From a virus (Duplodnaviria; Heunggongvirae; Uroviricota; Caudoviricetes), in the IMG/VR virus record IMGVR_UViG_3300048850_000064, positions 1-39,742 of that record: a stretch of 39,742 nucleotides of DNA, one strand, 5' to 3'. The position numbers and the translations under genes were made by a program. This document shows, piece by piece, positions 10,501-17,532 of the stretch. The notes beneath the pieces were generated by a model. It did no database searches, was not told the DNA's origin, and saw nothing but the letters and a program-made list of their open reading frames with translations. Numbering within the stretch: position 1 is the first letter of the stretch; the number at the start of each line of letters is the position of its first letter.

Positions 10501-10761
10501 GCCGATATGTATATCCGGCGTGGCGTCGACACGAACGGATTGACCTCAACCGGCACGGCGCGGGCCTGGAATCCGTTTGTCTATCGCAGAGCCGGTGGCG
10601 ATTTGATCGTCGACGGTTCGATCGATGCAAACAAGATCAACGTCGGCCAGCTCTCGCTCATCGCGGACAATGCCGGCACGATCACGGCCGGCCTGATGCG
10701 CTCCTCCGACAGCAAGATGCAGGTCGATCTGAACAACAAACGCATTCTTATTGCCGATTAA
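4525..10761 (+). CDS. Central tail fibre / host specificity protein, lambda gpJ-like (2078 aa)
   Basis: ISEGPIVGL, RSYHVKGLKV.VP.NYDP..RTY.GIW.G.FK.AWTNNPAW motifs, FN3-like repeats, repeated carbohydrate-binding-like beta modules, and a DUF1983-like tail (KINVGQLSLIADNAGTITAG). Confidence 0.92.
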   Translation: MGIHDLDAIRGAGGGGGKKGGGGSGSNAPNSLRSKARARMVEVISEGPIVGLVDGERSIYFDQTAVKNADGSYNFDNVIWEEHKGNPDETAFKGQSAVETSVQVDVPVKNATGPVQRTIVDQNVDALRVIVRVDSLYKVDKKSGRLKTNTLEYKVEVRGNAGTWTTAVTNKLEGEKNTSPVQFAHRVVLPENGAPWDIRVTKVSEDSTDDNNQKNLTFEGYVELVEGKFIYPHSAAIAMEVNAEDMGNSIPARSYHVKGLKVLVPNNYDPVARTYDGIWNGGFKVAWTNNPAWIFYDLLINDRYGLGEFIDAAIVDKWSLYTIAQYCDQLVKSGFKNADTGADIMEPRFSYNGVIKSRDDAYFVLQSITTAWRGMAYWSLGQVFATADIPADPIKLVAPANVINGEFSYSSTALKARHSVILVKWNDPNDFYRPATEVVINQEMLAKYGWREKSVTLNGCTSRGLAHRYGKWILDVEQHETETVEYSASWDHAEVKPGDIIAIADPRKAAVRLGGRIVSHVGSLITLDYDFAPTSGETYSLMLTMPDGSLEKRPITGFPSARQVQASGFSSVAAANAMFMITGSDIVPRQYRVLALEEAEENIFKVTALFHDPQKYARVEKDVIFEPLPYSKPARTSKPPTNLHVKETGYTLNGQTYTRLTISWSPPVGIVSRGFIVAVDTPFDSNVTLGTTPYNSIEMESAGPGSYKFYVQTIDFTGSISKPATLVFEAEGPAKFPMGVVTDLTLRDKPGSTQFTGRDVRIVWKNKLPSSTDATAEGYAATDENSPLYQHNTVSVYRGDTGELLRTTRLKGNSFTYDFLSNKNDNIAAGFTTAHRSLRFVVTVTDIYGRESDPVELTVSNPVPAAFNPVVNVNGKTLHLTWTKPIDEDLSGVMVWVSTASGFDPYATTPVFDGDGSFMSFPGQASTTYYVRTAAYDSFGKIGLNISPEIQVSTLADIDFEAPAVPTGLAFTFTPLGDGRTKVVATWNANTETDLAYYDIQLKEGSGNFVGFQTSTTTYEWTLRSGVVITGKIRAVDRLGNASAYTADLLRVVTGDNVPPAVPTDLVAKGTFNAVWLNWTANTEADFARYEIYEAATATPAPTAASVASFASASVTLYRGDLPSGGTRYYWIRAVDLSGNKSAWSASVVATVLSEIDVTITTEDLQGLVDATSFAASIRPVEILSTLPTTGNVEGRTVFLTTNKKTYTYRNGAFDAGVDASQIVGQLVAGQIAAGAIGTEQLAAKAVTASKMLIGDTSNIYPDPNFEDPALISLGANMVLEANSFSPGTKLLTINPTGGTVEKAALGAPFPLDPLKSYWIGGYVGNGGTTPAGATLDVVYYSDLAGSTEISRETVYTTTTTGARTVLNGKLVTAPAGTKTARLRFIRPAHATSASNAYFSLPTVRRAASGELIVDGEIKANHLSADELITLSAQIKDAIITNAKIVELSAAKLMAGTALAGSITVSGRSIGNLTNIDTVVDDISQNWTVLQNGSPASPLSYTVNPANIVMGSRSIYVSQGDDIWLEGPDLIPFDPSKLYKMTFRVRRSGGTTAKMYLGFSGFAGDKTTRVSTSGANSHNSAHYVVMNAVDQVTVPTTFTEYSAYVRGHAATGGTGLGTIASPKTAHSNVRYFRPLAIFNYQDLVGCDMVLDSFKLEVVSEDAAGVINAGSTQIDPGKVTISGGTTLWNWVKGGDETRIDGGMLSANTVTANKLEIGSRNITLEGIVFEHNKPATNQASWTAGSVRYINDAGATTSKAITAGNTTAWTSGVMYIYWVKDATTFSVTTSAATAFGANNVVMATYRGGVDLDPDYGRTIIDGSTIKTGTVKAAQIGADQINGTHVATNSLDATHIKADAISAKHVVISDTSNMVPDNGLQDAGSWSLGGAGPPFIETHATLGKVFRFATNATPSSTSSYIAGVVSKRFPVIPGEALHYGATIDMDTAADVQVMRVYLRFFLQDGTESGTVSVIAPANLSANVVKGFATVPANAVAADMYIRRGVDTNGLTSTGTARAWNPFVYRRAGGDLIVDGSIDANKINVGQLSLIADNAGTITAGLMRSSDSKMQVDLNNKRILIAD

Positions 10762-10802
10762 GATCAGTCATTATTGACTGATCAATTGGCCTTTGCGAGA
10801 AT
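10762..10802 (+). promoter_or_regulatory. Operator (9-bp arms) overlapping a probable -35 element
   Basis: GATCAGTCA-TTAT-TGACTGATC at 10762-10783. TTGACT (10774-10779), 17 bp, GAGAAT (10797-10802). Confidence 0.65.
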
Positions 10803-10808
10803 TCAGAC

Positions 10809-11192
10809 ATGGCAAACAGACTTGTCCTTGGCGCATTTGATGGAACTTTCGTTCTCCGGGCTTCGGTCCCGGGGAGCGACGTTCTGTCGACGAGCCTGGC
10901 GCCAAGCAAGATCGCCTTCGACAGTCGCTGGGCGGATATGATGCGCATCATCCAGCACGGCAACGTGACCTTGGCTTCTGGAGCCTCGACGACGATCACG
11001 CATGGCCTTGGCTTCGTCCCTATGGCTGCCGCCTGGATGTATAAAAACGCTGCCGACCCCGACATGATGTCCCAGGAATACGGAACTCGTATTGAGCTGA
11101 AGGCGACCACGACGACGCTTGCTATCCGGCATTCGGTGGGCTCGACCTTCTCCATCAAATACGTGATCTTCAATATGGGAGCGACCGGCTGA
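10809..11192 (+). CDS. Small tail-tip accessory protein, paralogue 1 of 3
   Basis: Starts MANRLVLG...LRASVPGSDVL......AFDS. Beta-rich, directly after gpJ. Confidence 0.65.
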   Translation: MANRLVLGAFDGTFVLRASVPGSDVLSTSLAPSKIAFDSRWADMMRIIQHGNVTLASGASTTITHGLGFVPMAAAWMYKNAADPDMMSQEYGTRIELKATTTTLAIRHSVGSTFSIKYVIFNMGATG

Positions 11193-11548
11193 TGGCGAAC
11201 AGGGTTTTGCTCGGCCTGCGCGGCTCCCAGTATGGTTTATGGGTCTCGAAACCTGGTCAGAACGTGCTGACGGCCGTCGATCCGAATCTGCTTTTCAGTA
11301 TCGACGACAAGGCGTTTCAGGTGGTTCAGTCCGGTGCGGTGGTTTTCAACTCTGCCGCCTACATCGACATCACCATTCCCAATCTCGGCTATTACCCGCT
11401 TGCGACCTTCACCTACAAGCAGGTGAACAATATGACCTTCTATATCGAGTATCTGAGCTTTACGACCATCCGCTTCAACCGCTCTCACACGACGGCAGAT
11501 ACTCGATCCTTCACCTATTACGTCATGACCTGCCCGGTGGGCTTCTGA
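11192..11548 (+). CDS. Small tail-tip accessory protein, paralogue 2 of 3
   Basis: Starts MANRVLLG...GLWVSKPGQNVLT....LLFS. Coupled to the previous gene by TGATG. Confidence 0.65.
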   Translation: MANRVLLGLRGSQYGLWVSKPGQNVLTAVDPNLLFSIDDKAFQVVQSGAVVFNSAAYIDITIPNLGYYPLATFTYKQVNNMTFYIEYLSFTTIRFNRSHTTADTRSFTYYVMTCPVGF

Positions 11549-11549
11549 C

Positions 11550-11936
11550 ATGGCGAACCGCATTCTCCTCAGTGCAACGGGTCTGAAGGTATCGGCAGCC
11601 GGACAGAACGTGCTGACCGCGACCGGCAACAATCTGCTGTTCGACAATTCCTATGCGGGCATGGGTCTCTACGTTCGCGGCTCACGAAGCATCTCGACCG
11701 GGACCGAAACGATCGCGCTTGGGAAGAACTTCTCCAGAACGCCCTTTATCGCGATGTCCGGCGAGGGCTTCGTTGCTGCCGGCCTGGGTGAGACCGGCTT
11801 CAAGAGTGGCGCGAGCACCTGGATTCTCACCTACGACGACGCGAATACGCGTCTGGTTCTGGCTCATAACTCCACTGCGGTCGGGCCTGCGGCGCGGCCA
11901 TACACCCTCTATTACGCTGTTTGGGATTGGGACTGA
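11550..11936 (+). CDS. Small tail-tip accessory protein, paralogue 3 of 3
   Basis: Starts MANRILLS..GLKVSAAGQNVLT....LLFD. Confidence 0.65.
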   Translation: MANRILLSATGLKVSAAGQNVLTATGNNLLFDNSYAGMGLYVRGSRSISTGTETIALGKNFSRTPFIAMSGEGFVAAGLGETGFKSGASTWILTYDDANTRLVLAHNSTAVGPAARPYTLYYAVWDWD

Positions 11937-12493
11937 TGATTCTCGAATATGACGAAAACGGCCTCATCTATCACATCGTAGACGATCCGGTATCTCCTGC
12001 GCTCAAGGTTCACTACGAAGGAAAGCCTGGCGTAAAGATAGTCGAGCCCACGCGCGGGCCGCCCCAGCCGCGTCTGAACGCAGATGGCGAGCAGGAATAC
12101 GACGAGGTCCAGCAGAACGTCTACGACAATGAAGGCGATCCTGTGCTCGATGAAAATGGAGAGCAGGTTACCGAGACCATCTCGGTGCCGGTGTTCGACG
12201 AAGGCGACCTGATTTCGGCGAAGATCAGATCGGACAGCCATTATGTGCTCAATGGCGAGGTCGTCGAGCGACCGATTTTCACGATACCCGAAAGCCACGT
12301 TCTGGCCGTCGGAGCCGAACTGCAGATCAACGGGCTACCCGATCCCTGCAAGATCAAGCTCGACGGCGAGGAGATCGACGTTGAGGGCGGTATTCTGACG
12401 ATCGGCGCCGACATGCCGGCCGAATACCTTCTCGAGCTCGTCCAGTGGCCCTACGTCCCGGCATCCATGAAGGTGATCGTCAATGCTGCTTAA
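11936..12493 (+). CDS. Hypothetical phage protein, acidic, tail-associated region
   Basis: ATG at 11936 overlaps the upstream stop (TGATG). Codon use matches phage genes. No recognised domain. Confidence 0.6.
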   Translation: MILEYDENGLIYHIVDDPVSPALKVHYEGKPGVKIVEPTRGPPQPRLNADGEQEYDEVQQNVYDNEGDPVLDENGEQVTETISVPVFDEGDLISAKIRSDSHYVLNGEVVERPIFTIPESHVLAVGAELQINGLPDPCKIKLDGEEIDVEGGILTIGADMPAEYLLELVQWPYVPASMKVIVNAA

Positions 12494-12899
12494 GCTGAAA
12501 AAGAACCTCGACCCGCTCAAGGACCGCGCCTGCGCCGAGATCGACGCCATCGCCGAAGAGATCCGCGGCCACTACATTACGCTCGGCTCCGGGCAGGCGA
12601 TGGTCTACGCCCAGAAGGAGAAGGAGGCCGAGAAGGTGACGGCCAATCCGGGCGTCGCTCCGGCCGAGGTGCCGCATATCGCGCAGGAAGCCGCAGCCTA
12701 CGGAATGTCGCTCCTCGATCAGGCGGCGATCGTGCTGACGATGGCGAAAAACTGGCGCGATCTGTCTTCCGGAATCGAGACGATCCGACTGACGAGCAAG
12801 GACATGGTGCGCGCCGCGACGACGCCGGCGGCCATCGACCAGGCGCTCTCAGAGGCGAAATCACTTTTGGCTGGATTTGTATCTTTCGGCGTGGGATAA
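12483..12899 (+). CDS. Probable tail fibre assembly/chaperone-like protein
   Basis: IDA.AE..R..YIT..SGQAMVY..K..EA pattern, which I recall from small genes that follow phage fibre genes. Confidence 0.5.
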   Translation: MLLKLKKNLDPLKDRACAEIDAIAEEIRGHYITLGSGQAMVYAQKEKEAEKVTANPGVAPAEVPHIAQEAAAYGMSLLDQAAIVLTMAKNWRDLSSGIETIRLTSKDMVRAATTPAAIDQALSEAKSLLAGFVSFGVG

Positions 12900-12917
12900 T
12901 CAGTCATTCATGACTGA
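12900..12917. promoter_or_regulatory. Operator upstream of the lysis cassette
   Basis: TCAGTCA-TTCA-TGACTGA immediately after the stop of the previous gene. Confidence 0.7.
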
Positions 12918-12944
12918 CTGGAGCGCTGACGGAAGGACTCTGCT

Positions 12945-13226
12945 ATGGCTCGCGAAAACGATGACGTCAAAGGCTTTGTGGTTTCGCCCGCTCGCGTCGG
13001 CTTTGTCCTGTCGCTGGTCGCACTTGCTACCTTCGGCTTTCGGACCGTCGACTACGTCAAGGCCCAGGAATTCAAGATCCAGTCGCTCGAGACCTACGTC
13101 GCCGAGGACAAGGTCCAGACCAAGGAAATCCTCAAGGAACTGAAGACGCTCAATGAGCGCATGCAGGAGCTGGTCTTCGTCGTGAAGGGCACCTCGATCG
13201 CCCCGACGAGCCCTGCCGTCCGATAA
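12945..13226 (+). CDS. Membrane protein, holin/antiholin candidate
   Basis: One hydrophobic segment (VGFVLSLVALATFGF) followed by a coiled coil. GAAGGA RBS. Directly upstream of the endolysin. Confidence 0.5.
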   Translation: MARENDDVKGFVVSPARVGFVLSLVALATFGFRTVDYVKAQEFKIQSLETYVAEDKVQTKEILKELKTLNERMQELVFVVKGTSIAPTSPAVR

Positions 13227-13236
13227 GGAGTAGCCA

Positions 13237-13755
13237 ATGAACGCCAACCTGCAGAACGAGCCGGCCTGGATCAAGACCGCCAAGTCGCTGATCGGCCAGT
13301 CCGAGATCAAGGGTCCGCGCCACAATCCGCTCATCATCAAGATGTTCGAAGCCATCAAGTCGTCCTGGTTCAAGGATGACGAGACGCCCTGGTGCGCCGG
13401 CTTCGTCGGCTACTGCCTCGAGATGAACGGCATCCAGTCGACCCGCTCGGCCTCGGCCCGCTCCTACGAGAAATTCGGCGTCAAGCTCGACCGGCCCGCT
13501 TATGGCTCGATCGTCGTCTTCTCGCGCAATGGCGGTGGACATGTCGGCTTCGTCGTCGGCGTCGACCAGAAGGGCAACCTGATGGTGCTCGGCGGCAATC
13601 AGGGCGACATGGTCAAGATCAGTCCCTACGTGCCGAAGGACAGGGCCGGCAGCCGCGTCACTGCCTATGTATGGCCGACCATCCAGCCGCACGATTTCCG
13701 CTTTGACCTGCCGGTGCTGAAGAGCGACGGCAAGCTCCTTTCGAACGAGGCATAA
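13237..13755 (+). CDS. Endolysin candidate, TIGR02594-family Cys/His peptidase
   Basis: P.WI..A...IG..EIKG..HNP.I, DDETPWCAGFV, SARSY, GHVGFV, LGGNQGD. AAGGAG RBS. Lies between membrane-protein and spanin genes. Confidence 0.8.
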   Translation: MNANLQNEPAWIKTAKSLIGQSEIKGPRHNPLIIKMFEAIKSSWFKDDETPWCAGFVGYCLEMNGIQSTRSASARSYEKFGVKLDRPAYGSIVVFSRNGGGHVGFVVGVDQKGNLMVLGGNQGDMVKISPYVPKDRAGSRVTAYVWPTIQPHDFRFDLPVLKSDGKLLSNEA

Positions 13756-14070
13756 ATGATCGACGTCGAACTTATTGCCGCGGCTGTAGCCGAGGCCGAA
13801 GAGAAGATTGGCAGGCAGCGCGCCGTGATCGCGCTGCAGGGCCTCGTCCATGAATATCAGCCGCTGCGCGTCATCAATGGCGAAGTCAGCGAGGAGACGG
13901 CGCTGGCGATCTCGATCGTCGCGCACAAGCTCGGCGCCGACCGCCTGGTCGAACTCTACCAGGCGAAGCTCGAGGCGCGCTTCCCGGCCGAGTTTGCTTC
14001 CGTCGAGGAACCGGTCGAAGAAGCCGTCGCCGAAGAGGCGCCGCGCAAGTCGACCCGTCGGGTGCGCTGA
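13756..14070 (+). CDS. Hypothetical protein inside the lysis cassette
   Basis: Abuts the endolysin stop (TAAATG), has phage-like codon use and a helical sequence. No recognised family. Confidence 0.6.
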   Translation: MIDVELIAAAVAEAEEKIGRQRAVIALQGLVHEYQPLRVINGEVSEETALAISIVAHKLGADRLVELYQAKLEARFPAEFASVEEPVEEAVAEEAPRKSTRRVR

Positions 14071-14324
14071 TGCTGAAGGCGCTGAAGAAGCCGTCCTGGA
14101 GAATTCGCCGACGGGTCATCTTCGGCACGCTCGCCTTCTGCGCGCTCGAGGTCGTCTACCTGACGATCTTCGGCGAATCGACCTCGCTTGCCGAGACGAT
14201 CGCCAATGGCTGCTTCCTGCTCGCCGGCTCCGTCATCGGCACCTATGTCTTCGGCGCCACCTGGGACGACAAGAACCACCAGCAGCCGCTCGAGGTGCCG
14301 GTCGACCAGGAGGAACCCGGTTGA
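14070..14324 (+). CDS. Holin candidate (two transmembrane segments)
   Basis: Basic N-terminus (KKPSWRIRRR), two hydrophobic helices, acidic C-terminus. Lies directly before Rz. Confidence 0.6.
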   Translation: MLKALKKPSWRIRRRVIFGTLAFCALEVVYLTIFGESTSLAETIANGCFLLAGSVIGTYVFGATWDDKNHQQPLEVPVDQEEPG

Positions 14325-14704
14325 GCTTTGTCTGGAACCTCGTAAAGCCATTTGCAGCGCCGCTGGCAGCGATTGCCGCTGCTGCCGCTGTCTTCACCCT
14401 CATGAGCCTCTGGGACCGCTGGGTCGACGATCCTGCCGTCACCAGAGCCGCTCGCCTCGACTATGTCGCCCTTTCCGAAAAGACCGCGCTCGAAACCCAG
14501 CTCCGGATCGAGCGCCAGATGCGCGCCAATGCCCAGGCGGCCGTCGCCGACTACGCGATGAAGCTCGATGCCGTCTTCAAGGCCGAGGCGGCCACGCGAG
14601 AGAAAACCGAACAGGAGATCGCCGAGTATGAAGCGAAGCTCAAGGATACTCGCCGTAGCTGCGAGCTTAGTGCCGATGATATTGAGTGGCTGCGCAAGCC
14701 TTGA
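14321..14704 (+). CDS. Inner-membrane spanin (Rz-like)
   Basis: TTG start at 14321 after AGGAGG. N-terminal TM (LAAIAAAAAVFTLMSLW), long periplasmic coiled coil and a C-terminal Cys. Confidence 0.75.
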   Translation: MSFVWNLVKPFAAPLAAIAAAAAVFTLMSLWDRWVDDPAVTRAARLDYVALSEKTALETQLRIERQMRANAQAAVADYAMKLDAVFKAEAATREKTEQEIAEYEAKLKDTRRSCELSADDIEWLRKP

Positions 14705-14948
14705 TGGCCGTGTAAAGCACGCCGCGGCTATTCAGGCGCATGCCAACATCCACTACCCGCCGGCCGACATGCCGGATGACTGCGACAAGCGCGAGCCGCA
14801 CGCAGCCCTTACCGAAAACGCCGAGGTCCGTTCGATCCTGAAGCGCGAGCGCGCCGCACTGGACCGGGCGAATGACCGGATCGTTCGCTGCACCACGCAT
14901 GCTGAAGAACACTTCGTCATCAGACCTGTAGAGCCGGAGAAGAATTAG
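14628..14948 (+). CDS. Outer-membrane lipoprotein spanin (Rz1-like)
   Basis: ATG at 14628 after AGGAGA. Signal peptide ends in a lipobox (MKRSSRILAVAASLVPMILSG-C). Pro-rich mature part, overlapping the Rz 3' end in another frame. Confidence 0.75.
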   Translation: MKRSSRILAVAASLVPMILSGCASLDGRVKHAAAIQAHANIHYPPADMPDDCDKREPHAALTENAEVRSILKRERAALDRANDRIVRCTTHAEEHFVIRPVEPEKN

Positions 14949-15032
14949 AGTTCCGGATCCTCATCCCGTATAGATACTCTTATTCTTCTACTAACTAAGT
15001 AATAAATATTATACGAAACAAGGATACGGAAA

Positions 15033-16892
15033 ATGACACAGTCCGGTCATATGGAGCGGTTCGTCGAGGTCTATAACGACATCGAGAAATACCCGACACT
15101 GACGGATGTTGCCGTTAATCTTGGCGTCTCCTATCAGACTGTCCGGAACTACTCCTGTATCCTGCGCGCCAAGAAGAGGGCAGGTCAGGAGGTTCCGGAA
15201 CTGATCTCCCGGGTCGTCACCGCCAAGAAGGCCGACAACGATAATCTCGCCTCGGCGCGCGATCACGCCGTCGCCCGCGCCGACAAGCTGCGCGAGGAGG
15301 TGAGGGGTCTGATCCAGGGCTCGCGCTATCCGGTCGTCAATCCCGAGGCGATCGTCGTCGAAAGCTACCTGCGCAGCGTCTACGACCGGATCAACCAGAT
15401 CCATGTCGAGAAGGAAGGCACGCCGCGCACCTGGATCAACGACACGCTACGCGTCGAGGGCGTCGAGGATCCGCGCGGCCGGCGCTTCATCTTCACCGGC
15501 GCCCAGAACGACGCCGAGATCCATGAGGGCTTCTGGGAGAACCTGCAGGCCTACGCCGCCTATCTCGATGCCGACATCGTCGTCGGCCCCTGGACCTACG
15601 AGACGCAGTGGTGGAGCGAGAACAACCCGACCAGCCGCGTCTATGCCAATGCGCTCTCGGAATATATGTGCTTCGGCCAGATGGCGATCGGCCCCAACTT
15701 CATCTTCGCCGGCGAGATGAACACGCTACCGACCGCTTCGCGGCCGATCAGCGACCTCGTCACCTATTCGCGTGGCAAGTGGGCCGTCTTCCCGCATGCC
15801 AAGATCCAGCTTAAATCCGTGCCGTCGACCGATCCCGCCAGGCAGGCGCACCAGGTCATGACGACCGGCGCCGTCACCCGGCCGAAGGTCATTCCGCGCA
15901 AGGCCGGCGTCAAGAGCGTCTTCCATCACGTCATCGGCGCGACCGTCGTTACCTTCGACCAGGACGGCGACTTCTTCTGCCGGCAGCTCAATGCCGACGA
16001 GACCGACGGCTCCTTCTACGATCTCGATCTCCTCGTCAAGGACGGCAAGGTCACCGGCGGGCATCGCGTCAAGGCGATCGCATTCGGCGACATTCACCGG
16101 GCAAAGCTCGGCCCGGTCAGCACGCTCGCAACCTTCGGCGTCGACATCCGCACCGGCAAGAAGGTGAAGAACGACAGTATCATCGACGTGCTCAACCCCG
16201 AGGAAACCTTCTATCACGACCTGTTCGACAACATGGCCCGCTCGCACTGGACGGAGCACGACAACGCCTACAATTACGAGATCGCCACACGTAAGAGGGA
16301 ATCGGTCTTCGGCGAGATCGAGCAGGCGGCCGACTTTCTCATTCAGACGGCACGGCCGGGCACCAGGCAGTTCGTCGTCGATTCCAACCACGACCTCGCC
16401 CTCGAGCGCTATGTCCGCGAGGGCCGCTACCGCTGCGACGGCGAGAACATCCGCTTCGGCCTGAAGCTCGAGGACGCCTATCTCGGCTATCGCGAGAAGG
16501 TGGCGCATTGCCTCGAGAATTACGAGGCGACGCCGACATTCTCGCTGCTCGAATATGCCGTCAAGCTGCTGAAAGGCTCGGCCGTCACTGCCGAATGGGT
16601 GCATGACGGCCGCTCGCACCTGGTCGATGGCGTCGAATATGGCAATCACGGCTTCCGCGGCGCCAATGGTGCACGCGGCTCGGTCCCGAACTTCGCCAAT
16701 ATGGGCCGCAAGATCACTATCGGTCACATTCATTCGCCGGAGATCATGGATGGCGTCTATTGCGTCGGCGTGATGGAGCTGCAGCACGGCTACAATAAGG
16801 GACCGTCGAGCTGGGCGACCACGCACTGCATCCAGTATGCCAACGGCAAGCGCTGCCTCGTCACCCTCCAGAACGGAAAATGGCGCGCTTGA
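15033..16892 (+). CDS. T5 A1-like protein: N-terminal HTH plus calcineurin-like phosphoesterase fold (probable nuclease)
   Basis: TLTDVAVNLGVSYQTVRN HTH. Metal-binding motifs GDIH, HDLFD, DSNHD, NHG and GHIHS. RFIFTGAQN and GYNKGPSSW...Y.NGKR.L.....GKW segments match my recollection of A1-like phage proteins. Confidence 0.6.
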   Translation: MTQSGHMERFVEVYNDIEKYPTLTDVAVNLGVSYQTVRNYSCILRAKKRAGQEVPELISRVVTAKKADNDNLASARDHAVARADKLREEVRGLIQGSRYPVVNPEAIVVESYLRSVYDRINQIHVEKEGTPRTWINDTLRVEGVEDPRGRRFIFTGAQNDAEIHEGFWENLQAYAAYLDADIVVGPWTYETQWWSENNPTSRVYANALSEYMCFGQMAIGPNFIFAGEMNTLPTASRPISDLVTYSRGKWAVFPHAKIQLKSVPSTDPARQAHQVMTTGAVTRPKVIPRKAGVKSVFHHVIGATVVTFDQDGDFFCRQLNADETDGSFYDLDLLVKDGKVTGGHRVKAIAFGDIHRAKLGPVSTLATFGVDIRTGKKVKNDSIIDVLNPEETFYHDLFDNMARSHWTEHDNAYNYEIATRKRESVFGEIEQAADFLIQTARPGTRQFVVDSNHDLALERYVREGRYRCDGENIRFGLKLEDAYLGYREKVAHCLENYEATPTFSLLEYAVKLLKGSAVTAEWVHDGRSHLVDGVEYGNHGFRGANGARGSVPNFANMGRKITIGHIHSPEIMDGVYCVGVMELQHGYNKGPSSWATTHCIQYANGKRCLVTLQNGKWRA

Positions 16893-16917
16893 TAGTCAGT
16901 CAGTAATGACTTAAAAT
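16889..16917 (+). promoter_or_regulatory. Sigma70-type promoter with an operator filling the spacer
   Basis: TTGATA (16889-16894), 17 bp, TAAAAT (16912-16917). AGTCA-GTAA-TGACT at 16898-16911. 24/29 identical to the 2365-2393 cassette. Confidence 0.75.
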
Positions 16918-16941
16918 TTTAGGGGTTTTATCGAGGGTGTC

Positions 16942-17292
16942 ATGGCCGTTCAGCAGCATATCAAGGCGAGATCCATCTATGCAGGCTTCGAATGGCGCCT
17001 GCGCGTGACGATTGACGGCGTCGAACCCTTCGCCGCTGACGCCCGCTTTGCGGCTCAGATTAGACGACAGGCCAAGGATCCGGCACTTGCGACGCTGACC
17101 ACCGAGAACGGTGGGGTCGTGCGCATCAATTCGCGCAGCCTCGAGCTCGTTCTGCCTGGCGACGCCAGTGCCGACTGGGAGCAGGGCCAGGTGTTGATCG
17201 ACGTCGTGCGGGTAGCGCCCGAGCCGAAGCGCAATCTCGGCTTCCGACTGACCGTTCCGGTCAAGCAGTCGATTACGCGGGATTTCACATGA
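16942..17292 (+). CDS. Hypothetical virion-accessory protein (beta-rich, possible fibre anchor)
   Basis: GAGGG RBS. First gene of an operator-controlled cassette of fibre-like genes. Confidence 0.55.
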   Translation: MAVQQHIKARSIYAGFEWRLRVTIDGVEPFAADARFAAQIRRQAKDPALATLTTENGGVVRINSRSLELVLPGDASADWEQGQVLIDVVRVAPEPKRNLGFRLTVPVKQSITRDFT

Positions 17293-17519
17293 GCGTCGAA
17301 GCGATCAGGGTCGAAACCGACGACGAGATCCAGGTGACGATGCTGGGTGAAGAGAATGTCGGCGTCGAGGTGGCCGACGGCGAGGTCGAGATCGACCTCG
17401 AGGTTGTGGGTCTCCCTGGGCCGCGCGGTCCACAGGGACCAGTTGGGCCAGCCGGCCCTGCGGGTGACGGATCCGATCTGCCAAACCTTGTTCTGATTTT
17501 CGAAAATCATCTGATTTGA
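17289..17519 (+). CDS. Short protein with collagen-like repeat
   Basis: GLPGPRGPQGPVGPAGPAG (Gly-X-Y)n. Ends LVLIFENHLI. Confidence 0.7.
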   Translation: MSVEAIRVETDDEIQVTMLGEENVGVEVADGEVEIDLEVVGLPGPRGPQGPVGPAGPAGDGSDLPNLVLIFENHLI

Positions 17520-17532
17520 AGGATTGTCGATC

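Noticed and set aside
10809-12899. Possible diversity-generating retroelement or invertible tail-fibre cassette
   Set aside because: There is no reverse transcriptase, no template/variable repeat pair differing at adenines, and no invertase or inverted crossover sites. The paralogues share only short DNA identity.
13850-14320. N-terminal extension of the 13850-14704 ORF
   Set aside because: It overlaps two better genes. The TTG at 14321 with AGGAGG gives a typical Rz.
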